Below, one piece after another: positions 11,873 to 24,500 of a stretch of 64,000 bases of DNA. The translations under genes were made by a program, and so were the position numbers. The stretch's first letter is position 1; each line of letters starts with the position of its first letter. The notes beneath the pieces are model-generated. The model saw only the letters and a program-made list of their open reading frames with translations, did no database searches and was not told where the DNA came from. Location: contig NC_087263.1 of assembly GCF_037042905.1 (NCBI RefSeq), forward strand, positions 10,232,001 through 10,296,000, given 5' to 3'. The DNA comes from Lytechinus pictus (Eukaryota).

Positions 11873-12995
11873 GTATTGTATTTGTTCTATTATTCATTTT
11901 AATATTTTGGCCAGTAAACGGGGTAGAAGGAGAGGAGACTTAAATGTTTATCCAAGAGTATAATAGGACATTTTACCAATCACTTCGCAGACGCTTTCTG
12001 TAACGGACAGAATCTTTTGTCGAAAGCTTTTCATAACAAAGCAGCCTTTGCCGAAAATCGGTGAATCAAATCCGCAGTGTCGTCCTGTACACTGGGCAAA
12101 CGACATGTTTGCAAATGTTTGTCCAGTCTGTATTATAAAAAGACGATGTGCTGTTTAGGTCCAAAAATACTAGACAATGACTTTTGATCTGTCCATTTGG
12201 GATTTGAGGGGCATTCTCAATAGATTATCAACGTTGCAGAAAGCATCTGTGAGGTAGATGCTAAAATACGCTACTGACAAAGAAAACAAAACGACGACAG
12301 CAGAAACTGATGTCTCGATTTTATTTTGAAGTAAATTTATGAAAATAGGTTAGATCTTTAACCCTTATAAAGCTGTTTTTCATTATTTGTTAGTAGTTAT
12401 AATTTTATGAAACAACTTCTTCTTTACGAATACTAATTGTATAAGTCAATGATCATGAGTATAAATATTGAATTGTCGCAGTAGTTCATGCAAAATGCGT
12501 AATGCAACACCAGAAAAATAAAGAACACCGGTCCGGAACACTTGTATACAACAGACATGCCTGTAAAGTGTTGACAAACACCAGTTTTCTTTACCAGCCA
12601 GTGTTGTTTCAACACATATCTAGCATAATTCAAACCAAAAAATAGTGTGATTGTAACACTTTGGTGTGGACAGATAGAGTTTCCAGGCCGGTGTTTGGTC
12701 TACATATTACAAAGGAAATGTGGTGTTGACCGGCAAAGATGTCCACACCAGACATTTTACTCTAGTGTTAAGTTTATGGTGATCAACACATATAGGTATT
12801 ATTACAACACAATTTAACTCTTTGGTGTTTTGTTCAATCTCTACAGTATAGGGTGTAATCTTAACACCTTAGGATGTGGTGCTCTAGTAAACCAATAATA
12901 TTGCCGATTGGCGTCACTTTTAATACGCCAATTCTTACACTGCAAATTTGCAGTGACTCTACATCTACTGTAGATACATATACATTATATTACAC

Positions 12996-13032
<37 letters not shown>

Positions 13033-13722
13033 TTTATATATATATTTATATGTATAATTGATACAATGATTGAAAAAATTCAAGATGATAACCTACATCC
13101 ACAACATCGTAATAGATTTATACATATACATACACACACACACCCCCACCCATACTTATTCACACACACACACACACATATAAATATATATATATATGTA
13201 TATATAGAGAGAGAGAAGAAGAGAGAGAGAGAGGGGAAGGGGGATGTCTATGTGGGTGAGGGTGTGTGTGTGCAAATCTATTACGATGTTTTGGTTGGTT
13301 ATCCCCTTGTATTTTTAATCATTGTGAGCATGAATAATCTAATCATATTTTTAAATTATTCTAGCTATTCATGAAAGAGCACAATTATCAACAAATAATT
13401 TTCAAAAGAAAATATCGAAATATCAGCAAACCTACATGTAAGTTCTTAGACTGTCTTGAAACAAAACATTTCGGGCCATAAAACATATTTGAATAATGAT
13501 AGATGACGTGTTACATGCCATGCATAATGTTGTTCGTAAGCTCCCATTGTTACGTATGACCGGCACGAGAACATGTCATCAATCTGTGTAACGTACCAAC
13601 ACCCAGCTTCCTAAAACACCCCCATTGTTTTCATTTTCTGTTATCGTGGTCACGTGCATTAATATGTGAATGTACTGTTTTTTTTAATAATTTTTACCGG
13701 TTTTTCCCCCTTTTTATTACAG

Positions 13723-13780
13723 GCGAAGAGCAAGAGCATCAAATATAACAGAGATTCCTTTAACGGGAGATAGCAAATGA
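13723..13780 (+). CDS. SRCR receptor last coding exon (short cytoplasmic tail)
   Basis: Pyrimidine tract plus tacag|; phase 2 continues R-RRARASNITEIPLTGDSK-stop (TGA 13778-13780). Confidence 0.75.
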
Positions 13781-15280
13781 CAATTTTACTCATCGGCCGA
13801 GCTAGATCTTCACAAACATTTCGATGGAACACTGGCGTACAGAGAGAGAGAGAAGTGGGGGGGGGGGCAAGGTAGCCATCTTAGTATGAACCCCCAAATT
13901 TCCATGACCAAGACAATTAGTAGAAAGGAAAAAAAAGGAAGGGAAAATGGAGAATCTGATATTTCTTTCTAAATATAACGTCAAAATCTATCCAAAGAAA
14001 TACAATTTTTATATCAATAAATAAGGTGAATTTTTTTGCTCGCTCGCAGCTTTCCAAAATATTGAAAACAATTTATTACGGCCTTGGATAGGAGTGAAAA
14101 ATCCCGTGTCAAAAACATCATTTACAGTATAAGCAGGGATCCCAGAACAGGGTAGGGCCTTCAGCCCCAAGCCCCATTTATTTTCAACAAATGTGTTGAA
14201 AAAACCCCGTAAACTTACCATCTAAGTTTGACTTTGATCAGGCCGCACTGTTTTGGCTCAGCCCCCCCCCCCCCTTCACCATTTTCAAAACACGTAAAGC
14301 TTTCTAATGAACTTATAACCCGTCCTCTACTCAATTTGCTAGTGTTATACACTTATTCCTTAAGAAGCTGTGTGCGCTGTGAACGCCTAGCTTAGCCGGG
14401 TAATATAGGAGCACCTTGAGCACCTAACAAGGTGGATATGTGCGCCATATAAATGCCCTATATTATTATTATTATATTTATGATAATCGTTTCGCATGCA
14501 TGAGTAGTTGATTCCGTGACAGTTGCCATGGTTGCTCCGTCGATAATTATTGCTCCGATGGAAAATATGCACATTAGGCCAAATATAAAACCTAACCTCC
14601 AACACTAAATGCACCCTAAGATTAAGTACCTGCTGATTTGAATACGAATTTCATAGTTGGAGACTTATTTCACGTTCCTTTCAGTAATTGGTACACGCCA
14701 TAGGCGGATCCAGCTTTTGGCGAAAGGGGGGGGGGGGGCGCACTGCCGAGCGGCGTACATATTTTTGCACTTCACCGGCGCCATAAAAGAAAATGTTGAA
14801 AAAGGGGTAAAGTCTGACCCTGTCAAATGCTCTTTTCAAAATGTAGGATTTTCAGTCATGCCATTTTGCATGACCACACGCAGATAATATTTCCGGGGGG
14901 GGGGCAAGACTCGAAAATTTGGTGCACATCTCACATTTGCACATTTTTCATAGTTTTCATGAAATGTTAAGGAAAAAAAATGTTTTTCACAACAGCAGAT
15001 TGCGAATGTGCCCCCCCCCCCCTTCCCCCTTGCTGCGTACGACCATTCCCTGAAGTCCACTTAAACATATTTCATTATAACAGAAATATACACCAATTTA
15101 AACATATAGAGAGAGATTAAAAAACTTATTAAAGAAAGAAACAAGCAAAAAGTAACACAAATTATGCATGTTATGTGCGATTTCAAAATCTCGTGTATTA
15201 ACCCTTTTATTGCGATGAGGCCAATACTTTTGTATATTAATAGAGATACAAGTTTTTTAACTATATATATTATATATACA

Positions 15281-16010
15281 CAGGGGCGTCGATCCTTTTT
15301 TTAAGATTTTGGGGGCAAATGGGGGCAAAATCATGAATCAACTTTCCAAAGGCGCTCGATATCACACAAAACAAACAAACTCACACAAACACACACACAC
15401 ATACGCATATATATATATATTTATATGACTCATGAGATAGAAACACATATTTCACCAACAAATTAATGCGAGCGCGAAGCGTGAGCTGAAATTTTTTAGT
15501 ATACTGACCTGAAAACAGGAAAAAGGTGCCTGTTTAGGACTGTTTGTAGTAACTCATGAGGAGGATACATATCTCACTACACAGATAATGCGAGTGCCGA
15601 GGGCGAGCTGAAATATCTTTATATTCTGACCAGAAAGCTTGATATTCTATGCATTTTTGGTACCAATGATTAAGATGGGTATCTAAAAAAACAATAGATG
15701 CGAGCGCGAAGCGCGAGCTTAAAATTTTGATATTTCGATCTGACAAAAAAATGACAGTTTAATGGACGTTTGTAATAAAGAACAAGATTATATCCAGCAA
15801 AAGATTATTGCAAATCGAAGTGGGAGTTCTTTTGACGTTGAGTCCTGAAAAAGGGACATTCTATTCACCTATTTAATCATGAAAAGTATGGGGTTTTGCT
15901 ACAGAAATTATGCGAGCGCGAAGCGCGAGCTGAAATTTTTTATATTCCAATCTGAGAAGCGGATAATTTAAGCACGATTTTAAATAAAGAACGAGTTGTG
16001 TAGCTCAATC
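15281..16010. mobile_element. Non-autonomous DNA transposon (CAGGGGCG terminus) with ~115-bp internal repeats carrying GCGAGCGCGAAGCGCGAGC
   Basis: Motif at 15468, ~15590, 15700 and 15912. Similar repeats at about 31465-31790 (reverse), 37788 and 57290-58385. Confidence 0.6.
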
Positions 16011-16375
16011 TCAATATACGACTGGTTGCGTAATTATACACTCCCGGTACTAGCAACGGGTTTTAGCAAAGTTTTGGGCTAAAATATCGAATCATCTTCA
16101 TAAAACACTATAGTAGCTGTCTTAAACTAAAGGCCATAGAGGTGGCACAATGTGGAATGTGTAAAGAAGAAAAGTGACTGACCTTCTTTTTATTAAAGCA
16201 TTTAAAAATAAGATTAAAATTGGAGGATTTGCTCTACGCTTTTGTATGATTCTGGGATTTTTAAAATAAATTAAAGATTTCATGACATCTGTCATTCTGT
16301 GGGCAACTGCCCCGCCCCAGTCCACTCTGTAAGGGCATGCGATAAGCTTTGTTATGACCATTCAACAATAAAATG

Positions 16376-16900
16376 TATAACCAGGTGCCGCTGATCATTC
16401 TTGACCGGCGCCGATCTAGATTTGGTTGGCAATAGGCCCTTCTTCATTATTCTACCGGCGCCTAATTATTGGAACCAGGGGACGCTGATTATTCTTGACC
16501 GGCGCCGATTTAGAACAAGTAGTGCTGATTATTTTTACCGACGTCACGTAAGATTCAGGCAGCGGCAATTCATAATTGACTGGTGCCGATTTAGAACCAG
16601 GAGGCGCCGATTATTCTTGTCCGGCGCCGATTTAGATTTAGGTGGAGCTGATTATTCTTGATCGGCGCCGGTTAAGACTCTGGCAGCGCCGATTTATAAC
16701 CAGATGGCGCTGATTATCCTTGATCGGCGCCGGTTAAGAACTCAGGCGGCGTCGATTTTTTTGTACCGGCGCCGATTTATAACCAGATGGCGCCGATTAT
16801 TTTTATCTGGTGCCGATTTAGATTTAGGTGGCGCAGATTATCCTTGATCGGCGCAAGTTATATGCAGGCAGCGCACTGCTGATTATTTTTAACCGGCGAA
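16376..16900. repeat. GC-rich minisatellite of ~20-bp GGCGCCGATT subunits (~41-bp dimer)
   Basis: GGCGCC/GGAGCT cores at 16603, 16623, 16644, 16664 and onward. Confidence 0.85.
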
Positions 16901-17549
16901 GTTGTTGGGAAAAGGGTAGTTAAAAGAAAAGATAAGGAAGATGATATGATTGTGCTTTGCTGGGGGATAGTCTTTCCTTACTGTTGCTAATATTATATCA
17001 GTGTATAATTTTTTTAGCGGCGCCTTTTCTTTCCTTTCCTTTATTTTTATTTTTTCAAGCAGCGCCTTTTCTTTCTTTTACTTTTCTTTTCTTTTTGTTT
17101 GAGCGGCGCCTTCGGCGCCGCTCAAATATTAGGGGGGGGGCGCGCGCCCCCTGCGCCACCCCCCTGGATCCGCCACTGCACGCTTTTACATTTCGAATAA
17201 ACTATACAAACGTAAGTAATTGTAAATGATAGAGTAACAGAAATGTATAATCCATTGTTCTATATACATGATATACATGACAACTTTTGAATTAATGCAA
17301 ATTGTTTGTAGGATTAAATTTATTAAATAATGAAAACTATTATATTTCGTTGATTAATTGGTGCATAATTTTATGATGTTTTATTTTATTTATTGTTGGA
17401 ACTAAAACACAACAGAAGAAACGAGACAATCTCCAGAAGGTCGTAAAATCCCATCTGCGCCAAGATGCTCTGTCCGACTCTTCTGGAGACTGTCTCGTAG
17501 TCAATCATACATGCAAAGATCCATATGAAAATGGTACAAAAATAAAGAG

Positions 17550-18365
17550 AGTTCTTTTACATAAGGGGTTGGATCCACTTTGGACCGTTCCGAGAGAATT
17601 ATGTTTATTTTATTCTCCTATATTGCAATATTCTTACGCGAAAATAAATTGTCATGAACATTACATTAGGTATAAACGAAATCTACCTGTCTTCAGAATT
17701 TTTAAATATTTTTTTTCTTAAAAAATTTACATTGTGGATCTAGCCCCTTTTGCAAACAAAATGAAATGGATCTGACCCCTTTTGAATGAAAAAGTGATAT
17801 TTCTTTGCCATTTCTGTTCACGTTTGGGAATTTCAGCTTTTCTTTCCTATCATCAGAGCGACGAAAAATCTATACATTGAGCGAAAAAAAAGCAACTTTT
17901 ATGAAAAATGAATCTAACCCCTTTTGCAAATGACCTCTTTGGAAGTTTGTTACAAAAGAGGTTAGATCCACTGTAGACCATTCTAAGAAAATCATGTTTA
18001 TTATTCTCTCTTATTGCAACATTTTTATGCTAAACTAAATTGTCATGATACCCAACCATGTGAACACAAAATTTGATATAAAACAAATCTGCCTGTTTTC
18101 CTATTTTAGAAAAGATTTTTTCCCAAAATTTCCTATGTGGATCTAGCCACTTTTGCAAACAAACTGAAATAGATCTAACCCCTTTTGTAAAAAAGTGTGA
18201 TTTTTCTTTGCCATTTTTGTTCACTTTTTAATAGGAATTTCAACTTTTTTTGGTATCATTTTATAGAGCTACTAAATTTCTATACATTGACCCCACCCCC
18301 CCCCAAAAAAAAAATCAAAATTTAATGAAAAATTAATCTTACCACTTTTGCAATTGAGCTCTTCA
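17550..18365. repeat. Tandemly duplicated ~390-bp transposon-like unit with GATCTAACCCCTTTT repeats
   Basis: About 17550-17935 aligns by eye with about 17940-18360; each half has inverted AAAAGGGG/CCCCTTTT motifs. Confidence 0.6.
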
Positions 18366-19596
18366 TATGCAGGGAAGAATCTTAGCTCTACCAGGACATT
18401 ACAATAAATCATTCATTAAATGTTCGTACTTCAGAAAAGAACATTTCACACCGATGAGACATTTTTCTGGCTCACTTTGTATATGATTAAATAAAAATGT
18501 ACCTTGATATTGATTTAATAAATCATTGCCGCATATATATAATCATCTTCCCATCAGGCTAATTGCGTGCGTCAGACATCATTATCGTGTTTATGAATAA
18601 TTGACGCGTCAATCAAATTAATTGTTGTAATGATATAATCGGGTCTAAGGGATAAATAGAATTGAGCGCTTTAATCGACGCAATGTTCGGTTGAGCAATT
18701 AATGAAAAGGGTGAGATGAAACAAATTGGTTCATTGGTTTTTTCATTAACAGCCTCGGACTATATGGGAAGTTCCGCACCGCGTTTCAGAACGCTTTATA
18801 GAATATCGAGAATGTATTGTTGAATAACCTTCACCTTCATATTAATGAGCAACCAAGAAGTCTTTGTATAAAAAACTTGGTGAATCAAAACAGCAATTTC
18901 TTCCTGGACTAATGAACTAGCGACAAATTTGCATTTTTTTTCTTCAGCTTTGAAAAGTAGGACGCTCTGCTGCTCCGGGTCACCGAATTTTCGACAAAGC
19001 CCTTCCAGCTTTCCATGGTGATTTGACTTGCATTTTTAATATAGTTTGTTACGTTCTTAAATTCGTTCTTAAATATACCCTCAGGGAAGGCGATATGACA
19101 TTGTGACGGCACATGTATAAGGTCTATCACAATTCAATTTATTTCCGCTTTCAATCTTTTTATATTTACAATGATAGTTCAATATACATATTTACAAAAT
19201 ATAACATTTAAATGTATTACAATACAAACAAATTCATCCGGAGACATCATTTATATGCATATCTCTACTTGTGTAGGTAATTAGAAAGAAAATAATTGCA
19301 TTTGGAAATAAACTGTTAACTAAATTAGCGTTACAAACTATCTGTCGTACGTGAAAACAGCCATTAAAGATGCCCTTTTTCATGTTTTTGTAAAGGCCTG
19401 GTGTCCCGGAATGGTGACCATCTTGTAATGTCAGTACCCCAAGGGCGTAGGCTGGTGGTGCACGTCCACCTCCCCTATATGCACCGCCATACCACCTTAC
19501 TTCCACCTCCCCAAGGTTGTGCACCTCATCATGCTCAAACCAGCCTACGCCCTTGTAACCCCGCGGCGCGTCCGTGTGCTGTCAATGCATAGGCTA

Positions 19597-19811
19597 TTTT
19601 TTTTATAGCGAGGTTGTTTTACCTGACTGCTAAGAAAGCACGAATGCCTGTGAGCAAGCAACCAGGGGACCAACGGCTTAAGGTCCTCTCCGAGGGACCT
19701 GGTAATGAGGATAAATGCCTTACCAAAGGGCACTAGCGCACCACTTGGGAATCGAACCCGGGTCACCGGAATCCGAAACCCCCGCTCTACCGACTGAGCT
19801 ATCGCGCCTCC
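19597..19811 (-). mobile_element. tRNA-derived SINE
   Basis: Minus strand GGAGGCGCGATAGCTCAGTCGGTAGAGC ... GGTTCGATTCCC, then body GTGCCCTTTGGTAAGGCATTTATCC...CCTTAAGCCGTTGGTCCC and an A-rich tail. Confidence 0.8.
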
Positions 19812-21187
19812 ATTGAATTATTTATTTCCAGGAAAGTGAGGCAATAATTCTCTTCCTGCCATGTCTTTACAATTGCAATATATTTCAGATATCAATCACA
19901 TTGCTGTCAGCAATGCAACGAGCAAAAATGATAATGAATCATATTAAATATTGATTAACTTTAGAAGTCCACGCCTTTTGTTCGGTGAACGCATGCATAA
20001 TTGTCCGGACAGTAAATATTGATCCCTACAGTACAGTATACATAAGGCTTTAATGTATCAGCTATCAGTCATTTTGTTGCCACAATGAAGGATACCAGCA
20101 AACCAAAAGAAAATTGACCAATTAAACAACCAATATGGGTTAACATGGGAGGTTTAAGTTTGCAATCAAGTGAATATCATTTATTTATTCGAAATTCACC
20201 ATCTAAGATTTGTCTATTGAATGATGAAATGATTCAATAATTAAATACTATTAAATTGAATAACTAAATAATAGAACCCTAAAGTAAGCCTATATAGACT
20301 TACTTACTTTATTATAAGTTTTGTGTATTTTTATATACATTTTAGAGCGCAAACAGAAAATCTCCTGTATTGGATATTGTACGTCTCGTCACTGGCGTAT
20401 AAGGGGGGGGGGGGCGTGAAGGGATCACATTGACCTTCAAATGTCTAAGGGAAAATAAAAAGGAGAAAAAAAAAATGAAGTGACAAGGTTGATAAATATC
20501 ATTCCCAACATCCTGTTAACATCTATCCAAAATTGGATGTTTGTTTTTTAAATGTCAACATTTGTGCTCTCTCACGTCGCTTACTCGCCTTGGAAAATAC
20601 TACCCCATATACCATGCTGTGTCCCCGCAAATTGTTTAGCTCATTACGCCACTCAACCATATTCTGAACTGGAATTCAATGTAAACTCTGGTCTAAAGTT
20701 GTGACTTAACTATGGATAGCGATTCCTGTGAGAAATCTCAAACAGTAAAGTTTTAAGATGCCGACACGTTTGGGTCTTTTCTTCATACGTGTGGGTTTGG
20801 GAATGATGAATTGAATAGTTACCTTCGCGATTAAAGCTTTGAAAATGAGCTCAATAAATAGTGGCAGCATACAATTTTAATAAGATTTCGTGTATTTTTG
20901 GCTTTCCATAATTTTAACATAGAGTTAGACTGTTGTCTGGGTTAAACCGTACTAATGGGGATCGTTTCATGTAGTACGTTTTTGTCTGACAAGATGTCAT
21001 ATCTGACAACTCTCCTTGATTTTGATTAGAAGCTCTTTTACTATGGTAACTGTCTGATAAAACTTGTCGGTCGCTTTATATCTGACAAATCATTTCATGA
21101 AACGCTCCCCAGAATCCTGGCCAATGTGTCTCACGTTGCATTATGGTAATTGTTTAAGACGAAAAGTCGCGAGTTGCAATATATTTA

Positions 21188-23265
21188 CACACAAAAAAAG
21201 TAAGTCCCCCCTTAAACAAACATCAATAATTTCCGAACCGATGCGAATTTTTAATATATTTTTACATGAGCATGTAGGTAATTTTATAAGCTATCCTCTG
21301 AGTAAATGTCATGGACATATTTTACGTCATGCTTCAGTGAGCACCGTCAAAAGGCAAAAATGTCACTTTTCAAAAGTCACAAGCCAAATATCATTACTTT
21401 GATTCCATTTTATTGGAACGAACTCCACATTCTCATCATGAAAAATAGTCAGAAGGTTTGTAAAATGTACTTTCTAAACGACGATACAACTTTTTGGCTA
21501 AATTTCACGGTTGAATAAACACAAGTCCAAATTTGCTATAATTTGATTTTTTATACATTTCTATCAATAAAAATGATAGAATATGATGACAATTATTTTT
21601 GGGAAGAGTATCTTCAACAATATTCATCGTTTCACGGTTCAATGAACATTTATTGAAAACATAAAATACGATTTTCAAATATCATAGGCATGTATTGTTT
21701 CATTTTGGTAACTGAAAATGATATTTTCTCAACTTTTTCGTTATGTTCATGACCAATTAACATGCTTCAATGATTCAAAGGCGTTTAATTAAACATTCAC
21801 GCTTGAATGAACATGTGGAATGTGATTAGCTCTTTTTTACGTTATTGGAAAAAATGCAATTTGTAACTATGGATATCTGTCACAAACTCCCTTGCATAGT
21901 TCATTTGATTTGATTTTTATGAAAATTCCGATGATTAATGCATCAGTGAGCACACAATATTAAAAAATTATGCAAATGAGAAGAAAGTTCAAGGCCTTGG
22001 CCCCACTCTGTGCCGTATCGAATGGTTATTTTGGTGTGCGCGCCTTTTGGATAGTGTTATTCTGAAGCCATGTGCGAAGTTTCATGAAATAACTGTTTGC
22101 AGAAGTAACAAAAATCGTCCATGAAACAAACCCTCATTTCATATTTGTTAAAATGTTGACTTCCTCTCTCATAGACTTGTGTACATTATGGGTGCATATG
22201 TTTAAGAATAAGTAACCCCTTATTCAATAGGGTGGAACTTTTTTTTCAAGGCTGTCTTTAGCAATGTCATTTGGCGGTAATGTTTATTAACCTAAGGTCT
22301 GAATTCTGTGTAAAAATGAAATCGATTTGTTTATTTATGGATGAGTGAGCACGCATCAAAGAGGGAAAATTGGTATTTTCAACGTCACAGACTCATTTTA
22401 AAGGGTAATAAAGTGAATATTAGGGGCAAATTCGGTTTCAAATGTGACTTTTTGCTGTTGTTTTTATCATCCATCATTTCAATCACCACACACTTTCCGA
22501 ACTTTAAACATTTTCATGGTTGAGCGAGCACATTCGAAAACTTAGGAATGAATACTCTTTATACTGCATAAATGAATTTTTTTCCTAACAATATCTCATG
22601 ATCAGTTTACTATATGGAAAAATCAGTGGTGGATCCAGAATTTTAAAATGGGGGAGGGGCCTATCGGGGAAGACACCAACATTTTCAAATTTTAACATGA
22701 TCTAACAAGTTGTAGAGGATACTACCATAAACCCCTATGATGATACGTCACAATACAGGGGCCGCGGAACGGTTTTCAAAGGGGGGGGGGTGGCTGATCA
22801 TGTAAAAAATCACAATCGTATGGTCATTTTTACATTTTTGTACATGCTTTTGGAAAAAAAAGTGGGGGGAGGGGGGCTAAAGCCCCCCCCCCCCTCTCCC
22901 CGCTTCCGCGGCCCCTGCAATACATTGTGCTCACTCAACCATGAACATACGATATCAAAATTGTGTGTGGAGTGGCTAAATAATGGATAGTAAAACAGCA
23001 TAACACCATAAAATTCACCTAAAAACAACTTTTGTCCAATTTTGTATTAGCACAATCTGAAAAAACGACTCTTGTGACTTTTAAAAATGGTCATTTTTAA
23101 TTCAATCTTTAATAACTCATGCATGACTCAACCGATCAATCTCATTTTTCACCAGGAGGTGTTTAATGAGTGTAGAAAACCACCTGCAAAATATCACATC
23201 TCAAAATAATTATGTTCAAAAGTTACAGCAATTTCATTTAGGGGGGACTTACTTTTTTTGTTGTG
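21188..23265. mobile_element. ~2.1-kb non-autonomous Tc1/mariner-like element (TA TSD) with a nested MITE
   Basis: Left end ta|CACACAAAAAAAGTAAGTCCCCCCTTAAA; right end TTTAGGGGGGACTTACTTTTTTTGTTGTG|ta. No transposase ORF. Confidence 0.8.
22756..22917. mobile_element. Nested MITE with CAGGGGCCGCGGAA inverted termini
   Basis: caata|CAGGGGCCGCGGAA ... TTCCGCGGCCCCTG|caata; perfect 14-bp TIR with a 5-bp direct flank. Confidence 0.8.
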
Positions 23266-23270
23266 TATAT

Positions 23271-23560
23271 TTACACACAAAACGATGGAAACTTCCAGTA
23301 ACCATCCGATCCAAATCCAGTCCATATTCCTACATAGTTGACCTGCTGAGGGTCGGGATCGATGTACTCCATTAGAGGTATATCGTTTCCATATCGATAT
23401 AATATGATGTGGCCGTCTGCAAAGGAGATACGATAGTGATCGTACGAAGGTTTGCCGGTCAGGGCCAGCGTGGCAGGCTGGTTTCGGTATATACTATCCC
23501 ACTCAATGACATTTGTAAGTCGACGGATTGCGCCTCCGGTGTTTTCCCATCCTCCGATGG
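23271..23560 (-). CDS. EGF/FAMeT-domain protein last exon (C-terminal half of farnesoic acid O-methyltransferase-like domain)
   Basis: Manual translation AIGGWENTGGAIRR...ISFADGHIILYRYGNDIPLMEYIDPDPQQVNYVGIWTGFGSDGYWKFPSFCV-stop. IGGWxN..IR and DPDP..VNYVG..TG.G..G.W match the Methyltransf_FA family. Acceptor tttcag|. Not in the ORF track. Confidence 0.88.
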
Positions 23561-24159
23561 CTGAAAATGAATATTGATAACTGCATTACATTATCCATAA
23601 AAATGATAACAAATATGATGATAATTGCAGTTGCTTAAACCTCCATTCGACAGAGAGTAAGACATCTGAAAGACCGCTGTAAGGCCATGATGAAACTTGC
23701 TTGATCTTTCAAAGATCTCCGAGGTCTTTCACGATTTCTGAATGATCTTTCAGTAGTCTCTCGATGAACTTTATTAGTTATTATTAGTCTTTCCATGATC
23801 TTTCAACAGTCTCTCATTTATTTCTCCTTTTTTTTTTTTTGGGGGGGGGGAGATCTATGAAAGTCAGTCTTTCAGATTTCCCTTCGGGGGTCTACTTCAC
23901 TCTTGAAGAGCTCTTTTAGAGGACTTGCTTAGCCTTTCGGAGAAATTCATTGATCTTTCAAAGATCTCTGGTAGTACGTCAGATAATCTTTCAGTGATCT
24001 CTCAATTGTCTAATTGGTCTCTCGGTAATAGGGTTCTACGGTAATCTTGCTGGAAATGTCAGTTTTGGTCATTCACGGGGCTTTCGGAGCCATTTCACAG
24101 AGACAGCAAATTTCACTGATCTTGAAGACTGCTGAAAGACCTCGTCAATTTTCTGTCTA

Positions 24160-24500
24160 GTGGTTTTTCAAGGGTCCTAAACCAATGGCCGAGGATTCGA
24201 ATCCCACCCGACACTAATGTCCTTTGGGAAGGCGCTTATCCACGTTTGTCACTTTCCACCCAGGTGTTAAATGAGTACCCGGTAGGATGTGAACCCCAAC
24301 ATGGCCAATTTAATTAGATTGGCACTCCGCGTGCACCGGCAAAGAAAGGATGCCTATGGCCAAGATGCATCCCAGTGCAGGAAGTGGAGATGGTGCATTT
24401 TATTTGTGGGACAGTGATGAATCCAATCAACGGGGTAAAAACGCGTTTTGAAAAAAACCGGAAGCGCTATATATAATAATAATAATAATAATAATATAAA
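24160..24500 (+). mobile_element. Degenerate tRNA-derived SINE with (AAT)n tail
   Basis: GATTCGAATCCC B box, CCACCCAGGTG..AATGAGTACCCGG body, GCGCTATAT then (AAT)n. A related 3' half is at 43265-43495. Confidence 0.6.

Noticed and set aside
19735..19811. tRNA gene (Arg-like)
   Set aside because: The acceptor stem is imperfect and the sequence continues into a SINE body and tail. The same applies to about 8845-8913 and 39695-39771.
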